From Thermoanaerobaculia bacterium (GTDB lineage Bacteria > Acidobacteriota > Thermoanaerobaculia > Multivoradales > Multivoraceae), in assembly GCA_963666565.1 (NCBI GenBank), contig OY762911.1, positions 2,144,001 through 2,208,000 of the forward strand: a stretch of DNA of 64,000 bases, in the 5' to 3' direction. The notes beneath the pieces are model-generated. The model was not told the DNA's origin and did not search any database. It worked only from the letters and a program-made list of their open reading frames with translations. Shown in pieces: positions 1 to 8,548 of the stretch (positions within the stretch are counted from its first letter, which is position 1; each line of letters opens with the position of its first letter). Made by a program: the position numbers and the translations under genes.

Positions 1-750
1 GAGTTCGGACTGGCCCTTGCGGCTGTCGCGGACCGCGCGCAGCAGCGGCGGCTCGGCACCGTCTTCGTCCGGCGTCCACAGGGACGGCCGGATCAGGGTG
101 GCCAGCGCTCGCAGCGCGGGCGTTGGCGCGCCGTCGGCGAACCAGAGGTCGGCGTCCCACTCGCACCAGGCGTCGAAGTCGAGGCCGGCGAACAGCAGCC
201 GCCACTGGCGCCCGTTCGTGACCAGGGCGAGGCGCTCGGGGCCGGCGCGCAGCCAGCCGAGCACGCGGCTCGTCTCGCGCCGGCCGCGGCCGATGCCGAC
301 GCGCTTGTCGGCCGTGACGAAGACGGGCAGAGCGGCACCGTTCGGGCCGAGCCAGAGCTGGCGCGGGCGGACGCTCTCGCCGGTGAGGGCGCGACGGCGC
401 CAGTCGGCTGGGACGCGGGCGCCGCGCAGCCACGAGCCGGCGGTGGGGCTGCGGCCGGAGCCGCCATCGCCGCCGTCGCCGCCGTCCTTCCCGAAGCCGC
501 CCTCGTTCTCGAAGCTGCCCTGGTGCCCGAAGCCGCAGAGGCGTTCCAGCACGAAGGCGACGAAGTCCGGCGCTTCGCGGCGCAGCCGGGCGGAGTCCGC
601 GCCGCGCAGCAGTTCGGAGCGCCGCCGGAGTTCGCTCTGCAGCCAGGCGCCGGGTGGGGGAGGCGCCGGCAGGGCGGCGATCTCGCTCTGCCGCTGCGCG
701 TCGAGCAGCAGGCCGCCGTGGCGCAGGTCGTTCCAGCCCGGCAGGCTCAC
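1..750 (-). CDS. 5' part of a type IIG/Eco57I-like restriction-modification protein, probable DISARM DrmMI (runs off the window edge)
   Basis: Absent from the ORF track because it is open at the edge. The GTG at 750-748 overlaps the TGA of the upstream helicase (GTGA). Manual translation gives MSLPGWNDLRHGGLLLDAQRQ...LALVTNGRQWRLLFAGLDFDAWCEWD; TNG..WRL is typical of type IIG/HsdR-like N-terminal nuclease regions. Position directly after drmD matches class I DISARM order. Confidence 0.7.
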   Translation of the reverse strand, partial: MSLPGWNDLRHGGLLLDAQRQSEIAALPAPPPPGAWLQSELRRRSELLRGADSARLRREAPDFVAFVLERLCGFGHQGSFENEGGFGKDGGDGGDGGSGRSPTAGSWLRGARVPADWRRRALTGESVRPRQLWLGPNGAALPVFVTADKRVGIGRGRRETSRVLGWLRAGPERLALVTNGRQWRLLFAGLDFDAWCEWDADLWFADGAPTPALRALATLIRPSLWTPDEDGAEPPLLRAVRDSRKGQSEL

Positions 751-3700
751 GGCAGCCGCACCTCGGCGGTCACCGGGAACGCCTGCGCTTCGCCGGCGAG
801 GGCGTGCCGCTTCGGGAGCAGGTGCTCGACGATCCGCTTGCGCTCCCGCTCCAGTTGCTCGCGCGCCTCCTCGTAGTGGCGGCGGCGGCGCTCGATCTCG
901 CGCTCCTTCTCCTGGATCGAGTCGGCTATCCGGTCGAGGTCGCGGCGCTGGTCGAAGAGACGGCCCTGCGCGAGCGAGCGGCGGAGCGTCTCGATCTCGC
1001 GCCCGAGCCGCTTGACGCTCTGCTTCTCGATCAGCTCGGAGACCTCGCCCTGGCGACTGCGGTAGCGCTCGTTCGCGTCCTGCCGGGCCCTGTCGCCGTC
1101 GGCGCGCAACTGTGCGCGGAGCGAGCCGGTCAGTTCCCGGGCGTGGCGGGTGACCGCGGCTTCCAGGTCGGGCTCGACGTGGAGGAAGATCTCCCGCGCC
1201 CGTTCCCGTTCGGCCCGCGTCGGCGCCGGCGCCGACGGGCCGGTCGGTCCCTGCGCTGCCGGGCCGGCTGGCGCGCCGTGTGCGCTTTGCGCCAGGCGGC
1301 GGGCCGGCACGTGCGCCAGGGGCGCCTCCAGGGCGCCGCCTCTCACCGGAAGGGTCAGCGTCCGCACCCAGTGGTGGAAGGTCTCGCGCAGTTCGTTGAC
1401 CGCCAGTTCCTCCAGGCTGAGGAGGATGAGGGCGTCCAGGCCGCGCGGCACGCCGCCCCGCCGGACGGTCCAGCGCGGCGCTTCGGAGGATCCCGGCAGG
1501 CGGCGCAGGGTCAGGGTCCGCAGGGCGCGTTCGATCAACGGATGGGCCAGATGCAGCAGGGCGACTTCGGGGCGCGGCGAGAACACGGCGCGGCCGCCGA
1601 TTCGCTGCAGCAGGGAGTCCGCGTCGAAGGCGAGGCGTCGGGCGGGGCCGGTCGCGCCGCCGGGCGCCGGAATCCGCAGCGATTCGTCGATCGTGTCGCG
1701 CCAGCCGGGGAGGTCGGGGTGCAGAAGCCGCCAGAAGTCGCCGGCGCCGTTCGTCTCGCCGGCGGCGGGGCCTGGAACGCGGTCGAGTTGCGGCCGGCCG
1801 GCGCCGGGCGTCGTTGCCATCGCCGTCTCCAGCGTCTGCCTGAGGGCGGCCGGGTGGAAGTCGATCTCGCGAGCGAGTTGCCGGAGCAGGGCGCCCGGTT
1901 CGCCGTTGGACCGGCGTCCTGAGCCGGATGCGGCCGGGATGCCCGCGCTTGCGGCGTCGGAGGCGCCGCTGGCGGTTGCCGGGCCGTTGGCGCGCTCGGG
2001 GTCGGACGCGCTGCCGGAGCTTCCGGTCCCGGCGGCGCCGAAGAGGCCGGGGATTCCCTGGTCGCGGACGCGCTCCCGTTCCCGCGTGAGCCCGTGTTCC
2101 AGCTCGAACTCGACTCTCGCCGGATCCGCGCCCTCGACCAGCCGCCGGTGGGCGGCGGTGTCGAACAGTTCGTTCACCGATCCGAGGTCCTCGCGGATCT
2201 CGTTCGCCTTGCCGATGACGTAGTCGAGGAACTTCAGGTCCGGATCGTCGTCGCTCAGGAAGTGGTGCACGGTCACGTCGCGGGCCTGGCCGTAGCGGTC
2301 GAGGCGGCCGTTGCGCTGCTCCAGCCGGGAGGGGTTCCACGGGCAGTCGTAGTGCAGGAGATAGCGCGCGCTCCGGTGCAGGTTCAGTCCCTCCGACGCG
2401 GCGTCGGTTGCCACCAGGATGCGCACGGCGGAGTCGGGGTCGTTGAAGGCCTCGCGGACGCGGTCGCGCGCGGCGTCGTCCATGCCGCCCTTGCCGCCGG
2501 AACCGAACAGGGTCAACACGCGGGGTCCGGAGTCGCCGCCGGCGGCGTGGCCGGACGACTCGTACCGTTCCCGCAGCCGGCGCTCGAGGTAGTCGAGGGT
2601 CGTCTTGTACTCGGTGAAGACGACGAGACGTTCGTCGTCGCGGAAGGCTGGCGCTTCGCCGGGCGCGCCTGGGAGCGACGTCGCCGGTCCGGCCGTGCGG
2701 GAGGTGCGCGGCGCGTGGTCGGGCGCGCCGGGCAGAAGCAGGCGCCGCTCGACCAGGTCGGTCAGGGCGTCGAAGCGGGCGTCGACCGTCGGGTCCTGTT
2801 CGACCGCGGGCGGGCCGCCGGCAGCGAAGCCGAGATCGGCCAGAGCGGCGTCGATGGCGGTCATCTCGGCTTCCACCGAGTCCGCAACATTGCGCAGCCA
2901 GCCACCGACGACGCCGGCCGCCGTGCCGGTGCGCTGCTCGGTCTCGCGGTCGTCGGAGGTCTCGCGCTCGACGGAGCGCTTCGCCGCCGCGACATCCGCG
3001 TCCGTTGCGGCGTCCGCGGCCTGCCCGGCGCGCGCGTAGCCGTCGCGGGTCCGTCGCCAGGAATCGGCGAAGGCGGTCGGGCAGGAGAGCAGGCGCTTGC
3101 CGAGGATCTCGATCGCGAAGGTGCCTGCCCGCTCGCCGGCGTCGCCGGCCGCGATGGCGCCGCGGACCGCGGTGCGGAAGGCGTCGAAGGCGGCGGACAG
3201 AGCGTCCTCCCGCCGGTCGCGGTGGAGCAGCAGGGGCGCCGGCGGCTTGCGCTCGCAGAAGCGGGGCGAAGCGCTCCGGCGGTTCAGTTCGCGCTTGAGA
3301 CGGCGGACGACGAGCTGGCCGGCTCGGCGCCGCTGGACGTCGGTCAGTTCGTCGGTCTGGCTGAACCGCACGGGGTCGAGAATCTCCAGCAGGCCGGTGA
3401 ACGAGCGCGTGTGGCCGTTGTGCGGCGTGGCCGAGAGGAAGATCCGGTGCTCGAAGCACGGGGCGATGCGGCGCAGCATGTGGCACAGCTCGCTGTCGTC
3501 GCCGAAGGGCGAGGGCATCAGGTTGTGGCACTCGTCGACGATCAGGAGGTCCCAAGGCAGGTGAGGCGAGTCGTCGCGGGTGCGGCTGGCGGAAAGGAAC
3601 TGCTCCTGGATGTCGGGCTGGCGCAGGTAGTGGTACGAGGCGACGATGCGGCTGAACGAGCGCCAGGGGTTCGCGTCGATGCCCAGGTCGCGGCGCAGGC

Positions 3701-4376
3701 TCTCGGTGCGTGTGCGGTCGACAACCTCGAACGGCAGCGCGAACTTGTCGCGGAGCTCGTCCCGCCACTGCAGGCGCAGCGCCGCCGGCGCCAGCACGAG
3801 CACCCGGCGGATGCGCCGGCGCAGCAGGAGCTCCTTGAGGATGAGGCCCGCTTCGACCGTCTTGCCGAGGCCGACGTCGTCGGCGATCAGCAGGTTGACG
3901 CGGGGCATTTGCAGTGCCCGCAGGAGCGGTTCGAGCTGGTAGTCCTCGACCCGGATGCCGCTGTGCAGGGGGCTCGACACCGGCTGGCGGTCGAGCGGGC
4001 CCTCGCCGTCCGGGTCGAGGTACGGCATGAGCGCCGTCCAGCGCGCGGCCCGCAGCAGGGCGTCGAAGTCCTCGCCCGGCATCGGCTCGCCGTCGCGGAC
4101 CCGGGGCAGCCGGCTCGGTTCGAGCAGTTCGCGCCCCGGTTCGAGTTCCCAGAGGAGGCGCTCGCTGTGCGGCGCGTCGTGGTCCTTGTAGTCGACCTGC
4201 ACGAGGTGCAGCCGACCCGCGTCGTCGCCGTGGGGATTGTCGTACGGACTGACCGAAGCCACGATGCCGCGCCGGTTGCGAACCCTGGCCAGCATGCCGA
4301 CGCGGGGGATGGATGGCGGTGCTGGCGACGGCAGGTGCTCGCTCGCTTCCTGGCCGTCAGGCGTTGCGCAGGACAT
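747..4376 (-). CDS. drmD: SNF2-like helicase, DISARM DrmD type
   Basis: LLIADDVGLGKT Walker A, LIVDECH, LSATPHNG, ATDAASEGLNL and WNPSRLEQRNGRLDRYGQ motifs, plus a coiled-coil C-terminus. The true start may be slightly downstream. Confidence 0.85.
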   Translation of the reverse strand: MSCATPDGQEASEHLPSPAPPSIPRVGMLARVRNRRGIVASVSPYDNPHGDDAGRLHLVQVDYKDHDAPHSERLLWELEPGRELLEPSRLPRVRDGEPMPGEDFDALLRAARWTALMPYLDPDGEGPLDRQPVSSPLHSGIRVEDYQLEPLLRALQMPRVNLLIADDVGLGKTVEAGLILKELLLRRRIRRVLVLAPAALRLQWRDELRDKFALPFEVVDRTRTESLRRDLGIDANPWRSFSRIVASYHYLRQPDIQEQFLSASRTRDDSPHLPWDLLIVDECHNLMPSPFGDDSELCHMLRRIAPCFEHRIFLSATPHNGHTRSFTGLLEILDPVRFSQTDELTDVQRRRAGQLVVRRLKRELNRRSASPRFCERKPPAPLLLHRDRREDALSAAFDAFRTAVRGAIAAGDAGERAGTFAIEILGKRLLSCPTAFADSWRRTRDGYARAGQAADAATDADVAAAKRSVERETSDDRETEQRTGTAAGVVGGWLRNVADSVEAEMTAIDAALADLGFAAGGPPAVEQDPTVDARFDALTDLVERRLLLPGAPDHAPRTSRTAGPATSLPGAPGEAPAFRDDERLVVFTEYKTTLDYLERRLRERYESSGHAAGGDSGPRVLTLFGSGGKGGMDDAARDRVREAFNDPDSAVRILVATDAASEGLNLHRSARYLLHYDCPWNPSRLEQRNGRLDRYGQARDVTVHHFLSDDDPDLKFLDYVIGKANEIREDLGSVNELFDTAAHRRLVEGADPARVEFELEHGLTRERERVRDQGIPGLFGAAGTGSSGSASDPERANGPATASGASDAASAGIPAASGSGRRSNGEPGALLRQLAREIDFHPAALRQTLETAMATTPGAGRPQLDRVPGPAAGETNGAGDFWRLLHPDLPGWRDTIDESLRIPAPGGATGPARRLAFDADSLLQRIGGRAVFSPRPEVALLHLAHPLIERALRTLTLRRLPGSSEAPRWTVRRGGVPRGLDALILLSLEELAVNELRETFHHWVRTLTLPVRGGALEAPLAHVPARRLAQSAHGAPAGPAAQGPTGPSAPAPTRAERERAREIFLHVEPDLEAAVTRHARELTGSLRAQLRADGDRARQDANERYRSRQGEVSELIEKQSVKRLGREIETLRRSLAQGRLFDQRRDLDRIADSIQEKEREIERRRRHYEEAREQLERERKRIVEHLLPKRHALAGEAQAFPVTAEVRLP

Positions 4377-4641
4377 GGCCGGCGCCGGGCATCACGTCGT
4401 CTATCCCCTTGCCGGTGGCCTGGAGGTATAGGGCGTCGGGGCACAGTTCCACGTCATCCCCCCACACGATGGCGCCGTGCTCGGCTACGCGAACCGCTTT
4501 GAAGACGTCCGCGGCGTCCCAGCAGCGGAAGACGCCCCTTCCGGCAAGGCGGGAGAGGTCGACGACTCCCTCCGCACCGTCGGAGAAGCGGAGCCAGAGC
4601 CTGAAGCCGCTGCGCGGTCTGACTTCGATTGGTCGAGTCAT
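4357..4641 (-). CDS. DUF2442 domain protein (antitoxin-like)
   Basis: 94 aa with LWLRFSDGAEGVVDL...GVF...F..V.V..GAIVW...ELCPDALY, the DUF2442 pattern. Confidence 0.8.
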   Translation of the reverse strand: MTRPIEVRPRSGFRLWLRFSDGAEGVVDLSRLAGRGVFRCWDAADVFKAVRVAEHGAIVWGDDVELCPDALYLQATGKGIDDVMPGAGHVLRNA

Positions 4642-4672
4642 CGGTTGAGCGTCGCGATCCTATCGCCCGCGT

Positions 4673-6778
4673 TCAGCGCGCGGCTCGCCGGCCGAAGACG
4701 GCCACGCCGGTCGCCAGCACCGCCGCGGCGGCGTACGGCAGTGCCAGCAAGCGGATCATCACGGGCACGTGCGCCATCGTGTGGGCGAAGAAGACGGCGT
4801 ACCAGGCCGGGACGGACCAGCCGGCGGCGAGGATGCCGGCCCAGCGCCAGGGGTCTTCCAGGTTCCGCCAGCGGGGGAGGAGCCAGGCCGTGGCGGCGAT
4901 CAGCGCACCGGCCGCGGCACCGATCAGGACGAGGGCGACGACCGGCGAACCGAGACCGACCGTGCCGAGGTTGTCCCAGACCCTATCGAGGAACCGTTCC
5001 ACGGTGGGCCTGCCGGAGTAGAAGCCATCGATGTCCGGGTGAATCGAACTGCGGGGCGCGCCGTAGAGCCGGTGCGTCAACTGGTCCCAGAACTTGAACA
5101 GCACCGGTTCCCGGAACACGAACTCGGCGATGACGACGCGGAGCAGGAAGACGGCGCTCAGGCAGCCGACGTAGGCGCCGGCGCAGCGCAGCAGGAGGTC
5201 CCGCCGCCAGGCGCCGCGGTCCGCGACCAAGCCGCCGGCCGGGGACGGCGCCGCGGCGAGGACGAGAAGAACGCAGAGCAGGCCGATGGGCGCGCTGCCG
5301 AAGAGCAGCTCGTGCCAGGCGATCGCGGCGCCGAACCCGGCGAACAGGAGAACCTGGCGAGCCGGCGGCCAGTTCGCGACCCGAAGCGCCGGCACGGCGA
5401 TCAGCAGCGCGAGAGTCAGTACGTTCGAGGCCCCGGTGGTGAAGCTCCCGGCACGTCGCCCCAGGTCGAGGAAGAGGAACAGGCAGACAAAGAGCGCGCC
5501 GAGAGCCGCCGCCTGGAAGAGGTCCTCGCGCCAGCGCGCCGAGCTTTGCCTGGTGAACAGGAACGCCGCGCGCGCGACCGCGCCGGCGAACCCGAGCGCG
5601 AGGAGTCCGAAGGTCAGCGCCCGCAACGTGCGCCTCAGCCCGTCCACGCCGAGCGGCGGCAGCAGCCACTGCAGCATGACCCGCTGGCCGGCCCAGTACT
5701 GGTGGTAGAAGACGGTCAGGTAGTCCGAGTCGTCGACGGCGCCTTCGTCCAGGCGTTGCCGGAGCGCGTCGCAGGGGCGCTGGGGCCGGGTGTAGCGGTA
5801 CACGCGGCGGGGCGAGACGGTGCGTTCGAGCGTCGTGCCGCCGCGGTCGAGCGCCATCAGGCTCAGCAGGCAGTCGTTGAAGCGTTCGGCGGAGTCCTCG
5901 AGCGTGCGTTCCGGGTGGGCGTACGACGCGCGCAACGCCTCGGCCGCCGGTTCCGGATCGCCGCGGACGGCGAGCCAGTTCAGGCCCAGGAAGACGGCGG
6001 TGGCGAGCAGCGTCACGGCGGCGACGATGACCGCGGCCTGGAACGCGCCGAGGCGGCCGGCGCTTCCGGCGGCGGGCGACCAGAGCAACGTGCGCAGGAT
6101 GCGCAGGCCGTCGCGGAAGGCCCGCAGTTTGCTGGTCGATCCTTCGGGCCGGGCGAAGTAGGGGCAGTCGATCTCGTCCCAAGCCAGGCCGGCGGACGCC
6201 GCGAACAGGGTCATCTCGGTCTCGACCTCGAAGCCGTCCGAGCGCGCCGGGAACGACTCGACGAAGCGGCGCGAGAAGGCCCGGTAGCCCGAGAGCAGGT
6301 CGCGCACCCGGCGGCCGCAGCGCCAGCGGGCCAGGGCGCTGAACAGCCGGTTGCCGGCGCGCCGGAGCGGCGTGTAGGCGCCGGACACCGTGCTCCGGCG
6401 GGCGGCGACCACCATGTCGAGGTAGCGGTCGGACAGGGTCGAAACGAGACGGCCCACGCTGCGGGCGTCGTAGGTGCCGTCGCCGTCGGCCATCACGTAG
6501 ACGTCGGCGTCCACCTCGCGGAACAGGCGGCGGATGGCCCGGCCCTTGCCGCGTCGTTCCTCGACGATCACCGTCGCGCCCGCCTCCCGGGCCAGTTCCG
6601 CAGTCCGGTCGTCGGATCCGTTGTCGCAGACGTAGACCCGGGCGTTCGGCAGGGCGACCCGGAACTGCGACACGACGGCGCCGATCGTCGCCTCCTCGTT
6701 GAGGCACGGCAGCAGGACGGCGACCCGCCCGACGGGCCTGCTCGAGCGGACCTTCGCGCTGGATGATGCGGGGCTCAC
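4673..6778 (-). CDS. GT2 (GtrB/DPM synthase-like) glycosyltransferase fused to a polytopic membrane domain
   Basis: LLPCLNEE, CDNGSDD, MADGDGTY, DLLSGYRAFSRRFV and GFEVETE motifs in the first ~235 aa, followed by many hydrophobic helices. Confidence 0.85.
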   Translation of the reverse strand: MSPASSSAKVRSSRPVGRVAVLLPCLNEEATIGAVVSQFRVALPNARVYVCDNGSDDRTAELAREAGATVIVEERRGKGRAIRRLFREVDADVYVMADGDGTYDARSVGRLVSTLSDRYLDMVVAARRSTVSGAYTPLRRAGNRLFSALARWRCGRRVRDLLSGYRAFSRRFVESFPARSDGFEVETEMTLFAASAGLAWDEIDCPYFARPEGSTSKLRAFRDGLRILRTLLWSPAAGSAGRLGAFQAAVIVAAVTLLATAVFLGLNWLAVRGDPEPAAEALRASYAHPERTLEDSAERFNDCLLSLMALDRGGTTLERTVSPRRVYRYTRPQRPCDALRQRLDEGAVDDSDYLTVFYHQYWAGQRVMLQWLLPPLGVDGLRRTLRALTFGLLALGFAGAVARAAFLFTRQSSARWREDLFQAAALGALFVCLFLFLDLGRRAGSFTTGASNVLTLALLIAVPALRVANWPPARQVLLFAGFGAAIAWHELLFGSAPIGLLCVLLVLAAAPSPAGGLVADRGAWRRDLLLRCAGAYVGCLSAVFLLRVVIAEFVFREPVLFKFWDQLTHRLYGAPRSSIHPDIDGFYSGRPTVERFLDRVWDNLGTVGLGSPVVALVLIGAAAGALIAATAWLLPRWRNLEDPWRWAGILAAGWSVPAWYAVFFAHTMAHVPVMIRLLALPYAAAAVLATGVAVFGRRAAR

Positions 6779-6792
6779 ATCGCGCCGGCGGC

Positions 6793-8253
6793 TCAGGGTG
6801 CGTCGCTGCCGCTCTCCGTCGCCGCGCCGCCCGCGGCCTCGGCCGGCCCGAACGCGAACAGGTGCTCCCGGCCGCGAATGTAGAGCCGGTCGCCGGCGAT
6901 GGCGGGGGTCGCCCAGACCGGCTCGCCGACGGAGAAGCTGCCGAGGACCTCGTGCTCCCGGCCGGCCCGGAAGACCGCCGCGTCGCCGTCGGTGTTGACC
7001 ATCAGGATGCGGCCGCCGCCGCCGACCATGGAGGCGGAGTAGCGGCCGCGGATGGGCAGCCGCCCGCCTTCGTAGACGATCTCGCCGGTGCGTGCGTCGA
7101 GGCAGGTGATCACGCCGCCGTCGTTCGTCAGGTAGAGCAGGCCGTCGTAGAGCAGGTTGGAGGGCACGTAGCCGGTGCCCTTGCGGTAGGTCCAGACCCG
7201 GGAGTCGTTGCCGCCGGCGAGGTCGCCGCGGCCTTCGTCGGCCGCCTGGGCCTGGGCGCGCTCGAAATCCCGCGAGTCGTCGCTGCCGGTCAGGTCGCCG
7301 CGGCTGTCGAGCCGGATCGCGAAGGAGATCTTCGCCGGGTAGCCGGAGGTGAAGACGGCGAGGTCATCGACCGTCATCGGGATGTGGATCGCGTTGTTCT
7401 CCAGGCCCCTGGCGCGCCAGAGCTCGCTGCCGTCCGCCGGGTCGTAGGCGATGACGTACTCGTTGCCGCTCGTGAGCAACTGCTTGCCGCCGTCGTGCTC
7501 GACGACGACCGGCGTCGCCCAGCTTGCCTGCACCGGCCGCTCGCGCTTCCAGACCTCCTCGCCGGTCAGCGCGTCGAGCGCGACGATGAAGGAGTCGTCG
7601 CCGCTGTCCTCGTCGGCCAGGATGACGAGCAGGCCGTCCACGAGCACCGGCGAGGTGCCGACGCCGAGGCCGACGGTCTTGATGTCGCCGATGTCGCGCT
7701 CCCAGACCGGCTCGCCGTCGAGCGTGTATGCGTAGACGCCCTCGGAACCGAAGTACGCGTAAACCCGCTCGCCGTCTGTCACCGGAGTCGGCGAGGCGTA
7801 GGACGACTCGGAGTGGCGGTCGTCGTAGACCCGGCCTTCATAGGCCACGTGGGACCAGAGCAGGTCGCCGTGCTCGGCGTCGAGCGCGATCGTCTTCATC
7901 GTGTGGTGGCGGTTACCGTCGGTGGCCTGCGGGTGAACGAACGGCCGGCCCGCGACGGTGTGCTCGGGCGGCCCGGCGCCGGGAATCACGTCGCCGACAA
8001 TTGCCGTGGTCAGGAACACCTTGCCGTCGGAAACGACGGGCGAAGAATGGCCGCGGCCCTCGATCTTCGCCTTCCAGAGGAGGTGGCGGTCGAGGTCGAG
8101 GTCGGCCGCCGGGCCGGGGCCGGAACGGGCGATGCCGCTGCCATCCGCGCCGCGGAAGCCGGGCCAGTCGTTGGATTCGGCCGCCCCGGCGTGAGCGGCA
8201 AACGAGACCGCGAGGATCAGGGCCGCGGCCGGAGCGCGTGGGTTCAGGTACAT
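6793..8253 (-). CDS. Secreted PQQ-binding-like beta-propeller repeat protein
   Basis: Signal peptide after MYLNP (8253), then WPGFRG, GHSSPVV, ASPTPVTDG, SWATP and WATPAIAGDRLYIRG repeats. The ORF-track extension to 8520 runs through REP repeats. Confidence 0.85.
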   Translation of the reverse strand: MYLNPRAPAAALILAVSFAAHAGAAESNDWPGFRGADGSGIARSGPGPAADLDLDRHLLWKAKIEGRGHSSPVVSDGKVFLTTAIVGDVIPGAGPPEHTVAGRPFVHPQATDGNRHHTMKTIALDAEHGDLLWSHVAYEGRVYDDRHSESSYASPTPVTDGERVYAYFGSEGVYAYTLDGEPVWERDIGDIKTVGLGVGTSPVLVDGLLVILADEDSGDDSFIVALDALTGEEVWKRERPVQASWATPVVVEHDGGKQLLTSGNEYVIAYDPADGSELWRARGLENNAIHIPMTVDDLAVFTSGYPAKISFAIRLDSRGDLTGSDDSRDFERAQAQAADEGRGDLAGGNDSRVWTYRKGTGYVPSNLLYDGLLYLTNDGGVITCLDARTGEIVYEGGRLPIRGRYSASMVGGGGRILMVNTDGDAAVFRAGREHEVLGSFSVGEPVWATPAIAGDRLYIRGREHLFAFGPAEAAGGAATESGSDAP

Positions 8254-8311
8254 CGTGAGTCTCCTTGCTGCGGTCGGCAGCGTGGCGCTGCGTTGTCGCG
8301 AGGGGAACTGA

Positions 8312-8516
8312 CTTTCTGCTGGGTGCGCGGGTCTTCTGACCCGCTGGCGGCGTAGCCGGCCAGGAAGTGGCGCCGGCCGCCAGGCCGGCACCGCTCGGGC
8401 CGGCGCCTCGGTCGGCGCGGTCGCCGGCCTGCGCCCGGCGGCCCTGTTTTCCGGCCTGCACCGCTTCGCGGCGCCGCCCGCGGGCGGGTCAGAAGACCCG
8501 CGCACCCAGCAGAAAG
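8312..8516. repeat. Inverted pair of REP-like elements (REPIN-like doublet)
   Basis: CTTTCTGCTGGGTGCGCGGGTCTTCTGACCCGC at 8312-8344 and its exact reverse complement at 8484-8516. Internal hairpin GCGGGTC-N4-GACCCGC. Confidence 0.85.
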
Positions 8517-8548
8517 CCACCTCCGGCTACGGTCAGTTCCTTGCAAGC

